DNA of 64,000 nucleotides from Candidatus Latescibacterota bacterium. GTDB taxonomy: Bacteria; Latescibacterota; UBA2968; UBA8231. Each line of letters starts with the position of its first letter. The stretch's first letter is position 1. The stretch spans positions 224,001 through 288,000 of the forward strand of contig OZ241867.1 of assembly GCA_965203175.1 (NCBI GenBank), given 5' to 3'. Under the pieces are notes generated by a model. It saw only the letters and a program-made list of their open reading frames with translations, searched no databases and was not told the DNA's origin. The position numbers and the translations under genes are program-made. Of this stretch, positions 14,093 to 24,222 are shown in pieces.

Positions 14093-14231
14093 TCCTCGCC
14101 GCGCGGAGATCTGGGATTCGCGCACAGACCTCCGCAAATTGAGTGGAGTGTGAGACTTAGAAGCGTCTGGAAATTTCCGGGTATGCCCTAAGCTCGGACA
14201 GCTTCTTAGGACACACTCAGTGCGGCGAGAA
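14093..14231 (-). promoter_or_regulatory. Structured intercistronic RNA sequestering the tolC Shine-Dalgarno
   Basis: In the mRNA 14231-14222 (UUCUCGCCGC) pairs with 14102-14093 (GCGGCGAGGA). Inner helices: 14103-14113/14125-14135, 14146-14152/14212-14218, 14156-14164/14201-14209. Confidence 0.65.
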
Positions 14232-14588
14232 TCAGATCAGGAAGGAGCAGTAGAGTTGGAAGAGCGGGGGATGTGGTTTGGGAATGCGGTTGGGCAGCGA
14301 CCGTAGCGCAGCCGAACGAGGCGGCAGCAAAGTGGTCGCCACTATTCCAATCGCGGGCGTTGAAACGGATGGCTGCTCGGCTGGGGGAACAAACGGAGGA
14401 GACGCGCTGTTGGATTCTGCACGCAGACAGCAACAACCCGCTTGCAGGCCCTCCTCGCCACAGGCATTGGCGACATGGCAGGGCATCGGGGCGGCCTCTG
14501 CAATAGGAGCACAGAGAACCTGCAAGCCGCTACAGGCAAAAGCCAGCAGCAGGACTAAAGACGCAGTTATGGGTCGAAAGTTTTTCAT
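14232..14588 (-). CDS. Cys-rich, Pro-tailed exported leader protein upstream of the metal efflux operon (HYC_CC_PP/DUF2946-like)
   Basis: Hydrophobic N-terminus, MPCH..C..CCC, C-terminal PKPHPPLFQLYCSFLI. Confidence 0.7.
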   Translation of the reverse strand: MKNFRPITASLVLLLAFACSGLQVLCAPIAEAAPMPCHVANACGEEGLQAGCCCLRAESNSASPPFVPPAEQPSVSTPAIGIVATTLLPPRSAALRSLPNRIPKPHPPLFQLYCSFLI

Positions 14589-14682
14589 TAGCAATCAATC
14601 GCTCGGCAGAAGGCCGAGTACGCAAATAGACTACGGACCGAATAAAGAAGTTTCAACAGAATTAGCGCAAGCGCAAAATTCG

Positions 14683-15399
14683 CTACTTGGACACCATCTT
14701 GCGCACGCCGCGCTCGTACACCACTTCGTACTCGCCCTCCGGCACCTCCATATTCCGCACGGCCAATTCGCCCATCGTCACCATTGGCTCAGACTTCAAT
14801 AGCAGTTCGTCGAACGACTCCTCGGGCGTCTTGCCGGTGGTGTCTAAGACGATTGTGCGGTTCTGATGGCTAAACAGCGACGCGGCGATTTCTTCCCCAA
14901 AGCGCGCTTTGACCTCGGCAATGTGTTCTTGGCGCACGACCGGATATTCGTGCGGGCTGTCCTGCATCCGCCGCGCGATTTCCTCGTCAGAGGCCGTTAC
15001 GTGGAATAGCACCACATCGGGCAGATGGGCCTCTAACACCAGCGATTCGTAGAGCCGCTGAAAGCCGTAGTGGAAGTTCGGGTAGTAAAAGCTATTCGGG
15101 TCGTCGCCGTAAAAACTGGTGTACACGGCCTCCTCTAAATGCCAGCCGACGATCAGCGGACAGGCGTACTTTTTGATGATGTCCACGTGGTAGTGGATCT
15201 GCATCCGCTGCCCGCGCTCCTTTATGTCGTTGGGCAGGCCGACCAAGATCTTGCGCGACTCTGGGCTGAGCGAGGCGTCGGGGAGGGTGAAGTGATCGTC
15301 GCCGTGGATGGGGACTCGCCGGTGCCGGTAGTACTCCCCAAGCATAGTGGCCAGCGTGCTTTTCCCTGCGTATTCAATACCTGCAAAAATGCTGCGCAT
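14683..15399 (-). CDS. P-loop nucleotide-kinase-like protein
   Basis: N-terminal Walker A GIEYAGKST; VLFHVTAS..IARRM lid; LDTTGKTPEE. Confidence 0.7.
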   Translation of the reverse strand: MRSIFAGIEYAGKSTLATMLGEYYRHRRVPIHGDDHFTLPDASLSPESRKILVGLPNDIKERGQRMQIHYHVDIIKKYACPLIVGWHLEEAVYTSFYGDDPNSFYYPNFHYGFQRLYESLVLEAHLPDVVLFHVTASDEEIARRMQDSPHEYPVVRQEHIAEVKARFGEEIAASLFSHQNRTIVLDTTGKTPEESFDELLLKSEPMVTMGELAVRNMEVPEGEYEVVYERGVRKMVSK

Positions 15400-15488
15400 G
15401 TCTGCTCTCCTTTGGGCTTTTCAAGACGGCGTTCTCGGATATATTCTCAAAAGTAAGTCGCCGCACATCCTCCAGCAAACGCCCGCTT

Positions 15489-16505
15489 ATGCCCGCTAGC
15501 TCTTCCAAAATCGGCGTCCTCGTCGCCCAGCTCGGCACGCCGCAAGCACCGACCGCCCGCGCCCTGCGACCCTATCTGCGCCAATTTCTCTCCGACCCGC
15601 GCGTCATCGACCTCCACCCGCTCAGGTGGTATCCCATCCTCTATCTCTTTGTCCTCACCCGCCGACCCGCGCGCTCGGCCGCCCTGTACGCCAATATCTG
15701 GACCGACAAAGGCTCGCCTCTCATGGTCCATTCCCAAGCGCAGACCCGCGGCTTGCAAGAGCGGTTGGGCGCGGCGTATCGAGTCGTGCTCGGCATGCGC
15801 TACGGCGAGCCGAGCATCAAGCGCGCCGTACAGTCCCTAGAAAGTGAAGGCATCGAGCGCATCCTCGTCTTTCCCATGTTCCCGCAGTTTTCCTGCGCCA
15901 CCACCGGCTCGATCTATGACGCGGTCAACCGCGCGGCCTTGGGCAGACGCTGCCCTTGGTTTTTCGACCGCAAACGCCAAATGCCGGTGCTGCGTTTCGT
16001 CCCTCCCTACGCAGACCATCCCGCGTACATCAACGCGCTCAAACAGTCGGTCGCCGAAGCAGTCGCCCGCCTCAGTTGGACGCCCGACCGCTACCTAATC
16101 ACTTTCCACGGCATTCCCCAACGCTACGTCGATGAAGGCGATCCATACCGCCGCCAGTGCGAAGAAACCGCGCGCCAGCTGGCCACAGCGCTTGGCCTCG
16201 CAGACGACGAGTGGGTCAGCGGCTTCCAGTCGCGCTTCGGCAAAGAGCCTTGGCTAGAGCCTTATACCGAGGAAGTCCTAGAACGCCTCGGGGGGCAGGG
16301 CGTGCGCCGCTTAGTCGCCATCTGCCCCGGCTTCACCGCCGATTGCCTCGAAACGCTCGACGAGATTGGCCGCGAAGGAGCCGAGCAATTTTCCCACGGG
16401 GGCGGCCAGCAGTTCCACTTAGTGCCCTGCCTCAACAACCACCCGGCTTGGCTCGATGCTATGGCAGCCATCGCCCGCCAAGAACTGGCCGGTTGGGATG
16501 CCTGA
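15489..16505 (+). CDS. hemH: Ferrochelatase
   Basis: QLGTP, FLSDPRV, GMRYGEP, FHGIP, FQSRFG..WLEP, DCLETLDEI, PCLN. Confidence 0.95.
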   Translation: MPASSSKIGVLVAQLGTPQAPTARALRPYLRQFLSDPRVIDLHPLRWYPILYLFVLTRRPARSAALYANIWTDKGSPLMVHSQAQTRGLQERLGAAYRVVLGMRYGEPSIKRAVQSLESEGIERILVFPMFPQFSCATTGSIYDAVNRAALGRRCPWFFDRKRQMPVLRFVPPYADHPAYINALKQSVAEAVARLSWTPDRYLITFHGIPQRYVDEGDPYRRQCEETARQLATALGLADDEWVSGFQSRFGKEPWLEPYTEEVLERLGGQGVRRLVAICPGFTADCLETLDEIGREGAEQFSHGGGQQFHLVPCLNNHPAWLDAMAAIARQELAGWDA

Positions 16506-16553
16506 CAGCAATGTGTCATTTACTTGACACTTTTGTGTCTTTTTTGTCATACT
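16503..16553 (+). promoter_or_regulatory. Sigma70-like promoter overlapped by TGACA/TGTC palindromes
   Basis: TTGACA 16524-16529, 18 nt spacer, CATACT 16548-16553; palindromes TGACA-N6-TGTCA (16503-16518) and GACAC-TTTT-GTGTC. Confidence 0.55.
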
Positions 16554-16568
16554 TAGCGCGGCTCTGTT

Positions 16569-17678
16569 ATGGACAAGCTACACCCCGCGCTCGAACGCAA
16601 ACTCATCCGACTCGGCACTCGTCTCATCGATCAAAAACGCGGCCGACGCCTCATCGAACCGACCAAAGACCGAGCTGGCTTCTGGTTTGGCGGCGGCAAT
16701 TCGGTCCGCGACCCCAGCGATGGTAGCCTCTATCTCATCGGCCGCTACCGCGATGCCGGCGACAGCCGCACCGGGCTGACCGCTGGCCCTCGAGGCCGCG
16801 CTCTGTCCATCTTTCGCTCGACGGACAATGGACGCAGTTTTGCCGAGGTTCGCACTTGGGACAAATCCGACCTCTACTGCGGCTCGGCCGTGCTCAGCAT
16901 TGAGGGCAGCGCTCTGCACCTCAACAAGCGCCGCGTTCAAGTGCTGGTCTCCACCGAGAAAGTCCGCCTCTATCCGCGGGCCGTCGCCGCTTTTCAGAAG
17001 CCGGGCACCGGTGTCTGGAGCATCGACACCTTCTCCGCCACCTCCATCGGCCAGCTCGACTCACAGGAGTCGATTCCCCCGCTGCTGACCAGCGACGACC
17101 CAGCCTATTTGCACCTCAAAGACCCCCACCTCTCGCCCGGGATGGGTCGGCGGCCCCTGCTCCTCTATTGCGCCCATCCGTACACTTGGTCTGCCAGCAC
17201 TTCGGGCCACGGCGTGCTCGCGGCCGACTCGTGCGAGAGCCACGGCCATGACTTCTTTCCCCGCGGCCCGACCTGGGACGTGGCAGCCTTGCGCGTCACC
17301 TGCCGCTTGCCCGTGCCCAAGCTGGGCGAATTCGCTCATTTGCCCTCGCTCTCACTCTATTTCTACGACGGGGCCGAATCCATGCACCCACTTAAAGCGC
17401 ATGAAAAGGGGGTCGTCCGGCCGCGCGGCTACTCCTGCGAGGAATTGGGCGGCTTGGCGTATGGCTTTGATCGCCAGTTCCCGCGCCTTCACCGCCTCAG
17501 CCACCTCCAGCCGCTCTTCGTCTCGCCGGAAGGCACGGGATGCTCGCGCTACGCGTCCGTGCTGACAGAAGCAGACGGAGGGCTTTTCGCCACTTGGCAG
17601 CGCTCGACCCCCACCCGCTCGCAGCCGCTTTTCGGCCACCGGCTCACACCAGCGCGGGTTGAGTCTCTACTTTCCTGA
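16569..17678 (+). CDS. Hypothetical beta-propeller/sialidase-like protein
   Basis: Asp-box STDNGRSF; GFWFGGG, HLKDP and RY motifs typical of propeller glycosidase-like proteins; no signal peptide. Confidence 0.6.
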   Translation: MDKLHPALERKLIRLGTRLIDQKRGRRLIEPTKDRAGFWFGGGNSVRDPSDGSLYLIGRYRDAGDSRTGLTAGPRGRALSIFRSTDNGRSFAEVRTWDKSDLYCGSAVLSIEGSALHLNKRRVQVLVSTEKVRLYPRAVAAFQKPGTGVWSIDTFSATSIGQLDSQESIPPLLTSDDPAYLHLKDPHLSPGMGRRPLLLYCAHPYTWSASTSGHGVLAADSCESHGHDFFPRGPTWDVAALRVTCRLPVPKLGEFAHLPSLSLYFYDGAESMHPLKAHEKGVVRPRGYSCEELGGLAYGFDRQFPRLHRLSHLQPLFVSPEGTGCSRYASVLTEADGGLFATWQRSTPTRSQPLFGHRLTPARVESLLS

Positions 17679-17684
17679 AATTTG

Positions 17685-18335
17685 CTAAGGGGTATCCAAG
17701 CGCGCCCGTAGCCAAGCGTCCAAGTCCTCTAAGCACGGCTGGGCAATCGCGTGGGGCATGTCGTATTCTTTGTACTGCAAGTCCAGCCCGAAGGGAGCAA
17801 GCAAGTCTCTGGAGGCGCGGGCTTGGGCAATGGGAATGATCGGATCAAAGCGCCCGTGCGACATAAAAACCTTCAGGCCCTGCACCGACGCCGCATCCTG
17901 CGGCAACATCTCTGGACAGCACAGCCCACTCAATGCGATGACCCCGGCAAATTCCCGAGGCCGCTTTAGCGCGGCTGCCAGCGCCATGCTCGCCCCTTGG
18001 CTGAACCCCGCGATGAAGACGCGAGTGGGCCAGTGTTCTTGCCGCAGCGCATCCACCAAGGACAAGACCTGCACTAAGGGTTCTTCGGCCTCGGCAAAAG
18101 CAAAGCGCACTCCCTCCGCGACGATCTCGACATTAAACCATGCAAAGCCGCCAAAATCGAGCGCGTAGGGCGCGCGGGCACTGACGCAAACAAGCCGCGT
18201 ATCCAAGTACGGTGCCAAGCCCAGCAGATCCTCCTCATTAGCACCATAGCCGTGCAAAAGTAGAAGCAGCGGCGCACCTTCGGGGGGCGCGTCGGGCGAC
18301 TTGTGGACGACGTGGTAGAGAGATTCTGTGGTCAT
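17685..18335 (-). CDS. Phospholipase/carboxylesterase (alpha/beta hydrolase)
   Basis: LHGYG, GFSQG nucleophile, HGRFDPII, MPHAI. Confidence 0.92.
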   Translation of the reverse strand: MTTESLYHVVHKSPDAPPEGAPLLLLLHGYGANEEDLLGLAPYLDTRLVCVSARAPYALDFGGFAWFNVEIVAEGVRFAFAEAEEPLVQVLSLVDALRQEHWPTRVFIAGFSQGASMALAAALKRPREFAGVIALSGLCCPEMLPQDAASVQGLKVFMSHGRFDPIIPIAQARASRDLLAPFGLDLQYKEYDMPHAIAQPCLEDLDAWLRARLDTP

Positions 18336-18342
18336 GTGGCTA

Positions 18343-20448
18343 CTACTCCACCGACACTTCGTACTGCCCGGCCCGCCGCAACACCATCACCACTCGCTCT
18401 TCTTGGCTGATTAGTTCCTGCACGTGGAAGTTGGGGTGGGCCTTCTCGTTGCGCCACACCGTCTCGCCGTTGATCTCAATTTGGGGGAAGCGCTTGTCGC
18501 AGCGGGGTACCGACAAGTGAGTTTCGCCGTCGTGCGGCACGGAAAGGCGCGCGGAAAAGCCGCCACCATACGCCCCCCAAGCGATCTCGACATCGCCGTG
18601 TGGCGTGGGCACGACGCCCTCGGCGCGTTCGAGCCCGGACAACTGCGGCCGAATCCCTAAGATCCCCTCGGCCGTAGGCACAACCCCTAGCACGTGCGCC
18701 GCCAACAAGCTCTCTGGCCCAGGTTGCGCGGCCACTGACCCGGCCTTCTCACCCCACGTCCGACCCGGACGTGCCAGCAAGCGGCCCCATTTTCTCTGTA
18801 CGTAAGCCAAGGCCGCCGTATCTGCGCCCGCCTGCCACAGCGCCCCAGCGACAAAAAACGCCTGCCACCAATCGTCTTCTGACGTCGAACTGCCGGATAG
18901 GTGTTGCGCCACCCGTACCTGCTGTCTAGAGTTGGCCAAATCGAAGTAGAGCACCAAGGCATTCGTCCAGCGGCTGCAATCGCCGGACCCGACGGCATCG
19001 GCAAAAAGCCCTTGCTCTTCGCTCCAAGCGGCTTGCAATGCCTTGCGCGCCCGGTGATGAGCGCGCTCGCATTGGACCGCTTGTTGACGGTCGCCCGTGC
19101 GTCGGCACAAGGCCGCGACCGCCAGCCAAGCCCCAGCCTGCAAAGCGACAACAGCAGTCGCCGACGCACCCTCGGCCTCGACCGTTTGCAAGCTGTTCAC
19201 TAGGTCCGCTAGCCGCTCGGCAGTCAAACGCTCGCCGTCGTAGCGCTGCGTCAGTTCGACGAACAGCGCGTGGAAACAAGCCTGTTCCCCGCCAATAGGT
19301 GTCTCGCTACCGGCCAGCACGGCGCGCGCCGTATCCACGCTGCCAGTCACATATAAATCGTTCATGGCCCAAACGTAGAGCTGATCCCAGTTGAGCTGTT
19401 GATCGCCGAGGGCGTACACTTCTTGGCGGCTAGCGGCCAAAGTTTGCTCCCCAGTCCCCCACAGCCGCTCCCAATCTTCGCCCACGGTTGTAAAACGCCC
19501 GCGCGCCGCGACATCCACGCGCCGCTCCACTAGCGAGACGCTGTCTATTTCCATGTCTTCTGGGCACGATCCGATTCGCACCACTAGGTAGCGGCACATC
19601 GCCAATTGCGGCGCTGTCCACTCCTGCAACCCATCGCGGCACACGTAGCGCAAGCGCGATTCCACCGCGCCTACCGCCCGCGTAAAACCTAAGTCAATCA
19701 CCGCGCCGAACTGGCCCCGCAGCCGCAGATGGGGAAATCCGCAGAGCAACCGCCCGAAATCCAAAACTATATACGCGGCCCGGGCAGCGTCTGTCGCCTG
19801 CACCAAGGAGTGAGTTTTACCACCTGTCAGAAACGCTTCCCGTCGCACGCATTTGGCAGTCTGCATGGTCTCGGGGAAAGCGATCCATTCGAGCGCACCT
19901 TCGCTAGCTACCTCGCCAAAAGCCGCCACCTCCCGCGCCCACGCCATGCTTTCCACCGCGGGCAACGGCGACCAATCCCTCGGCGCGGCTCCGGCCACTA
20001 CAGCCGCTTCCCGCCATCCCGCAAACCGCCCTTTGGCCCACCCAGCCGGTGCCAGCGCGGCTACATAGCCGGCTGCGCCCCAAGCATCGGCCGGCTGCAC
20101 CTGCCAAGGCTCGCCCGTGTACAGCACCTGCTCGGCCCCGTCGCTGCACTCAATCTTTCCTTCGGCGCAGAACCAGTCCGCTGTGCCGCAGCCTATGGCA
20201 AAGACCAACAGCACATTTTCGCCATCCCGCAGCGCAGCGTCCAACGCGAATTGCTCCCACATGGCCACCTCGGCCACCGCTGGCCCTAACCCCCTGCCCA
20301 CTCGCTCGCCATTCAAGTACACCTCGTACGGTCCACTCGCAGCACAGCGCAGCAGCCCTTTGGCTGCTGCGCTGTTCAGGTAGAATTCGAGACGGGTATA
20401 TACGGCCAAAGCGGCCGGGTGCCATATAGCTTGCGAGCGCATACTCAA
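18343..20448 (-). CDS. Alpha-L-rhamnosidase (GH78)-like protein, divergent
   Basis: YEVYLNGERVG, IVLDFG, HVLGVVP, GVVPTPHGDVEIAW C-terminal domain; catalytic segment atypical. Confidence 0.65.
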   Translation of the reverse strand: MSMRSQAIWHPAALAVYTRLEFYLNSAAAKGLLRCAASGPYEVYLNGERVGRGLGPAVAEVAMWEQFALDAALRDGENVLLVFAIGCGTADWFCAEGKIECSDGAEQVLYTGEPWQVQPADAWGAAGYVAALAPAGWAKGRFAGWREAAVVAGAAPRDWSPLPAVESMAWAREVAAFGEVASEGALEWIAFPETMQTAKCVRREAFLTGGKTHSLVQATDAARAAYIVLDFGRLLCGFPHLRLRGQFGAVIDLGFTRAVGAVESRLRYVCRDGLQEWTAPQLAMCRYLVVRIGSCPEDMEIDSVSLVERRVDVAARGRFTTVGEDWERLWGTGEQTLAASRQEVYALGDQQLNWDQLYVWAMNDLYVTGSVDTARAVLAGSETPIGGEQACFHALFVELTQRYDGERLTAERLADLVNSLQTVEAEGASATAVVALQAGAWLAVAALCRRTGDRQQAVQCERAHHRARKALQAAWSEEQGLFADAVGSGDCSRWTNALVLYFDLANSRQQVRVAQHLSGSSTSEDDWWQAFFVAGALWQAGADTAALAYVQRKWGRLLARPGRTWGEKAGSVAAQPGPESLLAAHVLGVVPTAEGILGIRPQLSGLERAEGVVPTPHGDVEIAWGAYGGGFSARLSVPHDGETHLSVPRCDKRFPQIEINGETVWRNEKAHPNFHVQELISQEERVVMVLRRAGQYEVSVE

Positions 20449-21848
20449 TTTACGGGCATCCGCATCCCCACCAGCCGCGTCCCCCGATCTCCCAGCACCC
20501 GCATCATAAACGCGGCCCCCGGCTTAATTTCTTCCAATACGTCTTCATAATCTTCCACATTTTCCACCACGGTTTCCGCCTGTTTGTATTTGATCGCCTG
20601 AATGAGTTCCCCTCGACGCAAACCCCGCTTCGCCGCCTCGCTGCCTCTGGCCACTCGCACGACCATCACCCCAGATTCATCTTCGTATCCCAAGCGTTCC
20701 AAGCGTTCCGCCCACTCGTCTTTCAGGTTCTCTACCCTTATCCCCAACGGCCCCCTCGCCCCGTCGGAATCGCGGGAACCGGCTGTCGAGGCGAACACCT
20801 CCTCGGTCAGGGCCTCCAGTTCGACCTCAATGCGCTTTTGCTCGCCGTCGCGTAGCACCAGCAACTCGACCTCCACGCCGGGAGCCGTGCGCCCGATTAG
20901 GCTCCGCAGACCGACTGCGTTATGCACGGGCTGGCCATCGACTTCCAGCACGATGTCGTCCCTTTTGACGCCGGCCTTATCCGCCGCTCGGTCAGGGCTT
21001 ACGCCAGTGATCAACACACCTTGGGTATTGTCCAACCCCATGGCTTCAGCCAACAGCGGCTCCAAGTTGTCGATACTCACGCCGAGAAAACCGCGCCGCA
21101 CCTCACCGTGCTCAATGAGTTGCTCGGCCACATGCTTGACCAAGTTGATTGGAATGGCAAAGCCAATGCCTATATTGCCGCCGTCGTTGCTAGAAATGGC
21201 AGTGTTGATGCCCACAAGCTCCCCGCGCAAGTTGACCAAGGCACCGCCGCTATTGCCCATATTGATGGCGGCGTCGGTCTGGATGAAAGAGCCGTACTCA
21301 GGTCCGAAACGCGCCCGCCCCAACGCACTGACCGTGCCTATAGTCACGGAGTAAGCCAAGCCCAAGGGGTGGCCTATGGCTATCACCCACTCGCCCTCGC
21401 GCAGTTGGTCTGAGTCGCCCATTGTCAAGGTGGGTAGGTCGTCGGCATCGATCTTCAGCACGGCGACATCGCTCAACGAATCGCGGCCGACCACCTCGGC
21501 TGCAAAGAAGCGCGAATCCGTCCCCTCTACGCGGATGTCGTCGGCGTGGCGAATCACGTGGTTATTGGTGATGATGTACTGCTGGCCGTCAAATTCGGCG
21601 ACCACGCCCGAACCCTGGCCACGACGCGGCTGATCGGGAGTACGGAAGGGCCTTCCCCACGGAAGGTCAAATATGCGGCCTTCCTCAGTCCCCTCCGTAG
21701 TGATTTTTACGACGCCGGGCTTGAGCTGTGCAGCGAGTTCGGCGAAGCCATCGCTCATCTGGCGCAGGAACTGCAAGTTCTCGCTGGCTTGGGCACTGCC
21801 AGCCACGGCGAGGCTTAAAATGAGCAGGGACAGGTACAACTTCCGCAT
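20445..21848 (-). CDS. degP: DegP/DegQ (HtrA) serine protease with two PDZ domains
   Basis: TNNHV, DVAVLK, TDAAINMGNSGGAL; signal peptide. Confidence 0.93.
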   Translation of the reverse strand: MRKLYLSLLILSLAVAGSAQASENLQFLRQMSDGFAELAAQLKPGVVKITTEGTEEGRIFDLPWGRPFRTPDQPRRGQGSGVVAEFDGQQYIITNNHVIRHADDIRVEGTDSRFFAAEVVGRDSLSDVAVLKIDADDLPTLTMGDSDQLREGEWVIAIGHPLGLAYSVTIGTVSALGRARFGPEYGSFIQTDAAINMGNSGGALVNLRGELVGINTAISSNDGGNIGIGFAIPINLVKHVAEQLIEHGEVRRGFLGVSIDNLEPLLAEAMGLDNTQGVLITGVSPDRAADKAGVKRDDIVLEVDGQPVHNAVGLRSLIGRTAPGVEVELLVLRDGEQKRIEVELEALTEEVFASTAGSRDSDGARGPLGIRVENLKDEWAERLERLGYEDESGVMVVRVARGSEAAKRGLRRGELIQAIKYKQAETVVENVEDYEDVLEEIKPGAAFMMRVLGDRGTRLVGMRMPVN

Positions 21849-21919
21849 GGTATTTCCTCTCTGAAAAGGGTGTGAAAATACGGATATTTCTCAATGTCCA
21901 CAAAAAAAGACGACAAGTG

Positions 21920-24070
21920 CTAACTATCGGTTCCCGCTTCCAGTGGCTGGTGTCGCACGGCCAATTGGCCTTCTTCGAGCACCACCTCAACCTGCGACCC
22001 CTCGGGCATGTCGCCGGCCACCAGCAAGCGAGCGATCCGCGTTTCGAGCTCGCGCTGCAAAAATCGCTTGAGTGGTCGAGCGCCATAGACTGGGTCGAAA
22101 CCTGCGTGGGCAATGTGCCGACGCGCCGGTGCAGCGACCGCGAGCTCAATGTGCTTGGCAGCCAGCCGCTGGCGCAGTTCGTCAATCAGCAGTTCGACGA
22201 TTTCCTCTATCTCCGCCAAGGTCAGCGGCTTGAAGAGCACCACGTCGTCGATCCGGTTGAGAAACTCCGGGCGAAAGTGCGCCCGCAACTCGCCCATGAC
22301 CTGCTGGCGCACAGACTCGGCGATCTCCCCTTTCGGCGTCAGCCCCTCGACCAAGTGCGGCGAGCCAATGTTGGAAGTCATAATCACCACGACGTTCTTA
22401 AAATCCACCACCCGGCCCTGCGCGTCGGTGAGCCGCCCATCGTCCAAAAGCTGCAACAGCGCGTTAAAAACGTCCGGGTTCGCCTTTTCAATTTCGTCGA
22501 AAAGCACCACCGAGTAGGGCTTGCGGCGCACGGCCTCGGTTAGCTGGCCGCCCTCCTCGTAGCCCACGTACCCAGGAGGAGCGCCCAATAGCTTGGACAC
22601 CGAGTGCTTTTCCATGTATTCGCTCATGTCTAAGCGCACTATGTTATCCTCGGCGTCGAAGAGGGCTTGCGCCAGAGCCTTGGCCAGCTCGGTCTTGCCC
22701 ACCCCCGTCGGTCCTAGGAAAACGAAAGAGCCGATCGGCTTTTGCTCGTCTTTGATGCCGGAGCGCGCCCGCATCACGGCGTCGGCCACCAGGCTCACGG
22801 CCTCGTCCTGACCCACGACTCGCTGGTGCAGGGTCTGGTCGAGGCGCGCTAGCTTCTCGCGCTCGCCCTCGGTCAGCCTCTGCAGCGGAATGCCAGTCCA
22901 GCGCGAGACAATCTCGGCCACCTCCTCTTGGGTGACTTCCTCGCGCAGCAGTCGCGGGCCATCGCCCTCGGCCGCTTGCTGCGCCGCCGCTAACTGCCGC
23001 TCCAACTCCGGCAATTTTCCGTGTTTCAGTTCAGCGGCGCGGTTCAGGTCGTATTGGCGCTCGGCTTCTTCGATTTGATGCCGAACCTGCTCAATTTCCT
23101 CGCGCAATGCGCGCTCGCCCACCAAGGACGCTCGCTCCTCCTCCCACTGGGCGCGCAAAGCACCGGCCTGTACCTTGAGGTCGGCCAGTTCCTTGAGCAG
23201 GCTTTCGAGGCGTTCCTCGCTGGTTTTGTCCTGCTCCTTTTTCAGCGCAGCTTCCTCGATCTCTAGCTGCATGACCCGGCGCTCTACTTGGTCTAACTCG
23301 GCTGGCACCGAGTCGATCTCCGTGCGAACGGTGGCGCACGCCTCGTCGATCAGATCGATGGCCTTGTCTGGCAAGAAGCGGTCCGAGATGTAGCGATTGG
23401 ACAGTACGGCTGCATCTACCAAGGCATTGTCTTGGATGCGCACGCCGTGGTGAACCTCGAATCGCTCGCGCAAGCCCCGCAGGATCGAGATCGAATCCTC
23501 TACTGTGGGAGCGTCTATTAGCACCGGCTGAAAGCGCCGCTCCAGCGCGGCGTCCTTCTCAATGTGCCGGCGGTGTTCGTCGAGCGTGGTCGCGCCGATG
23601 CAGTGCAGCTCGCCACGAGCCAGCATGGGTTTGAGCATATTGCCCGCGTCGGTCGATCCCTCGGTCTTGCCAGCGCCGACGATGGTGTGCAGCTCGTCGA
23701 TGAAGAGCAAGATACGCCCTTCGCTGGCACGGATTTCGTCGAGCACGGCCTTGAGCCGCTCTTCAAACTCGCCCCGGTACTTGGCCCCGGCCATCAGCGC
23801 ACCCATGTCCAGTGCAAAGATCGTCTGATCCTGCATCCACTCAGGGACATCGCCGCGCACAATGCGCTGTGCCAAACCCTCGATGATCGCGGTCTTGCCC
23901 ACGCCTGGCTCGCCGATGAGCACGGGGTTGTTCTTGGTCTTGCGCGAGAGGATGCGGATGGTGCGGCGTATCTCTTCGTCGCGCCCAATCACCGGGTCGA
24001 GCTGACCGGCGCGCGCCTGGGCCACCAAGTCGAGTCCGTAGCGCTCAAGGGCCTCATAGCTAGTATTCAT
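21920..24070 (-). CDS. clpB: ClpB disaggregase lacking the N-terminal Clp-repeat domain
   Basis: Two AAA modules ([16 protein letters not shown]), coiled-coil M domain, GAPPGYVG; GAGAGGA RBS before ATG 24070. Confidence 0.9.
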   Translation of the reverse strand: MNTSYEALERYGLDLVAQARAGQLDPVIGRDEEIRRTIRILSRKTKNNPVLIGEPGVGKTAIIEGLAQRIVRGDVPEWMQDQTIFALDMGALMAGAKYRGEFEERLKAVLDEIRASEGRILLFIDELHTIVGAGKTEGSTDAGNMLKPMLARGELHCIGATTLDEHRRHIEKDAALERRFQPVLIDAPTVEDSISILRGLRERFEVHHGVRIQDNALVDAAVLSNRYISDRFLPDKAIDLIDEACATVRTEIDSVPAELDQVERRVMQLEIEEAALKKEQDKTSEERLESLLKELADLKVQAGALRAQWEEERASLVGERALREEIEQVRHQIEEAERQYDLNRAAELKHGKLPELERQLAAAQQAAEGDGPRLLREEVTQEEVAEIVSRWTGIPLQRLTEGEREKLARLDQTLHQRVVGQDEAVSLVADAVMRARSGIKDEQKPIGSFVFLGPTGVGKTELAKALAQALFDAEDNIVRLDMSEYMEKHSVSKLLGAPPGYVGYEEGGQLTEAVRRKPYSVVLFDEIEKANPDVFNALLQLLDDGRLTDAQGRVVDFKNVVVIMTSNIGSPHLVEGLTPKGEIAESVRQQVMGELRAHFRPEFLNRIDDVVLFKPLTLAEIEEIVELLIDELRQRLAAKHIELAVAAPARRHIAHAGFDPVYGARPLKRFLQRELETRIARLLVAGDMPEGSQVEVVLEEGQLAVRHQPLEAGTDS

Positions 24071-24112
24071 GTCGGTTTCCTCTCAGAAGTCGGTTTTGCC
24101 TATCCGAATGAT

Positions 24113-24128
24113 TGCAAATACCGTACCA
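24113..24128 (-). promoter_or_regulatory. Sigma54 (-24/-12) promoter of clpB
   Basis: Minus strand TGGTACGGTATTTGCA matches TGGCACG-N4-TTGCW; TGTCA/TGCCA-like repeats just upstream (about 24148-24184). Confidence 0.7.
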
Positions 24129-24222
24129 GTGCCGATATGTATCCTTTTGACACATTTTGACCGTCGAATGGGACATTGTGGCACACAAACCATTGGAATG
24201 GGCAAAAAAGACCGAGGGGCCG

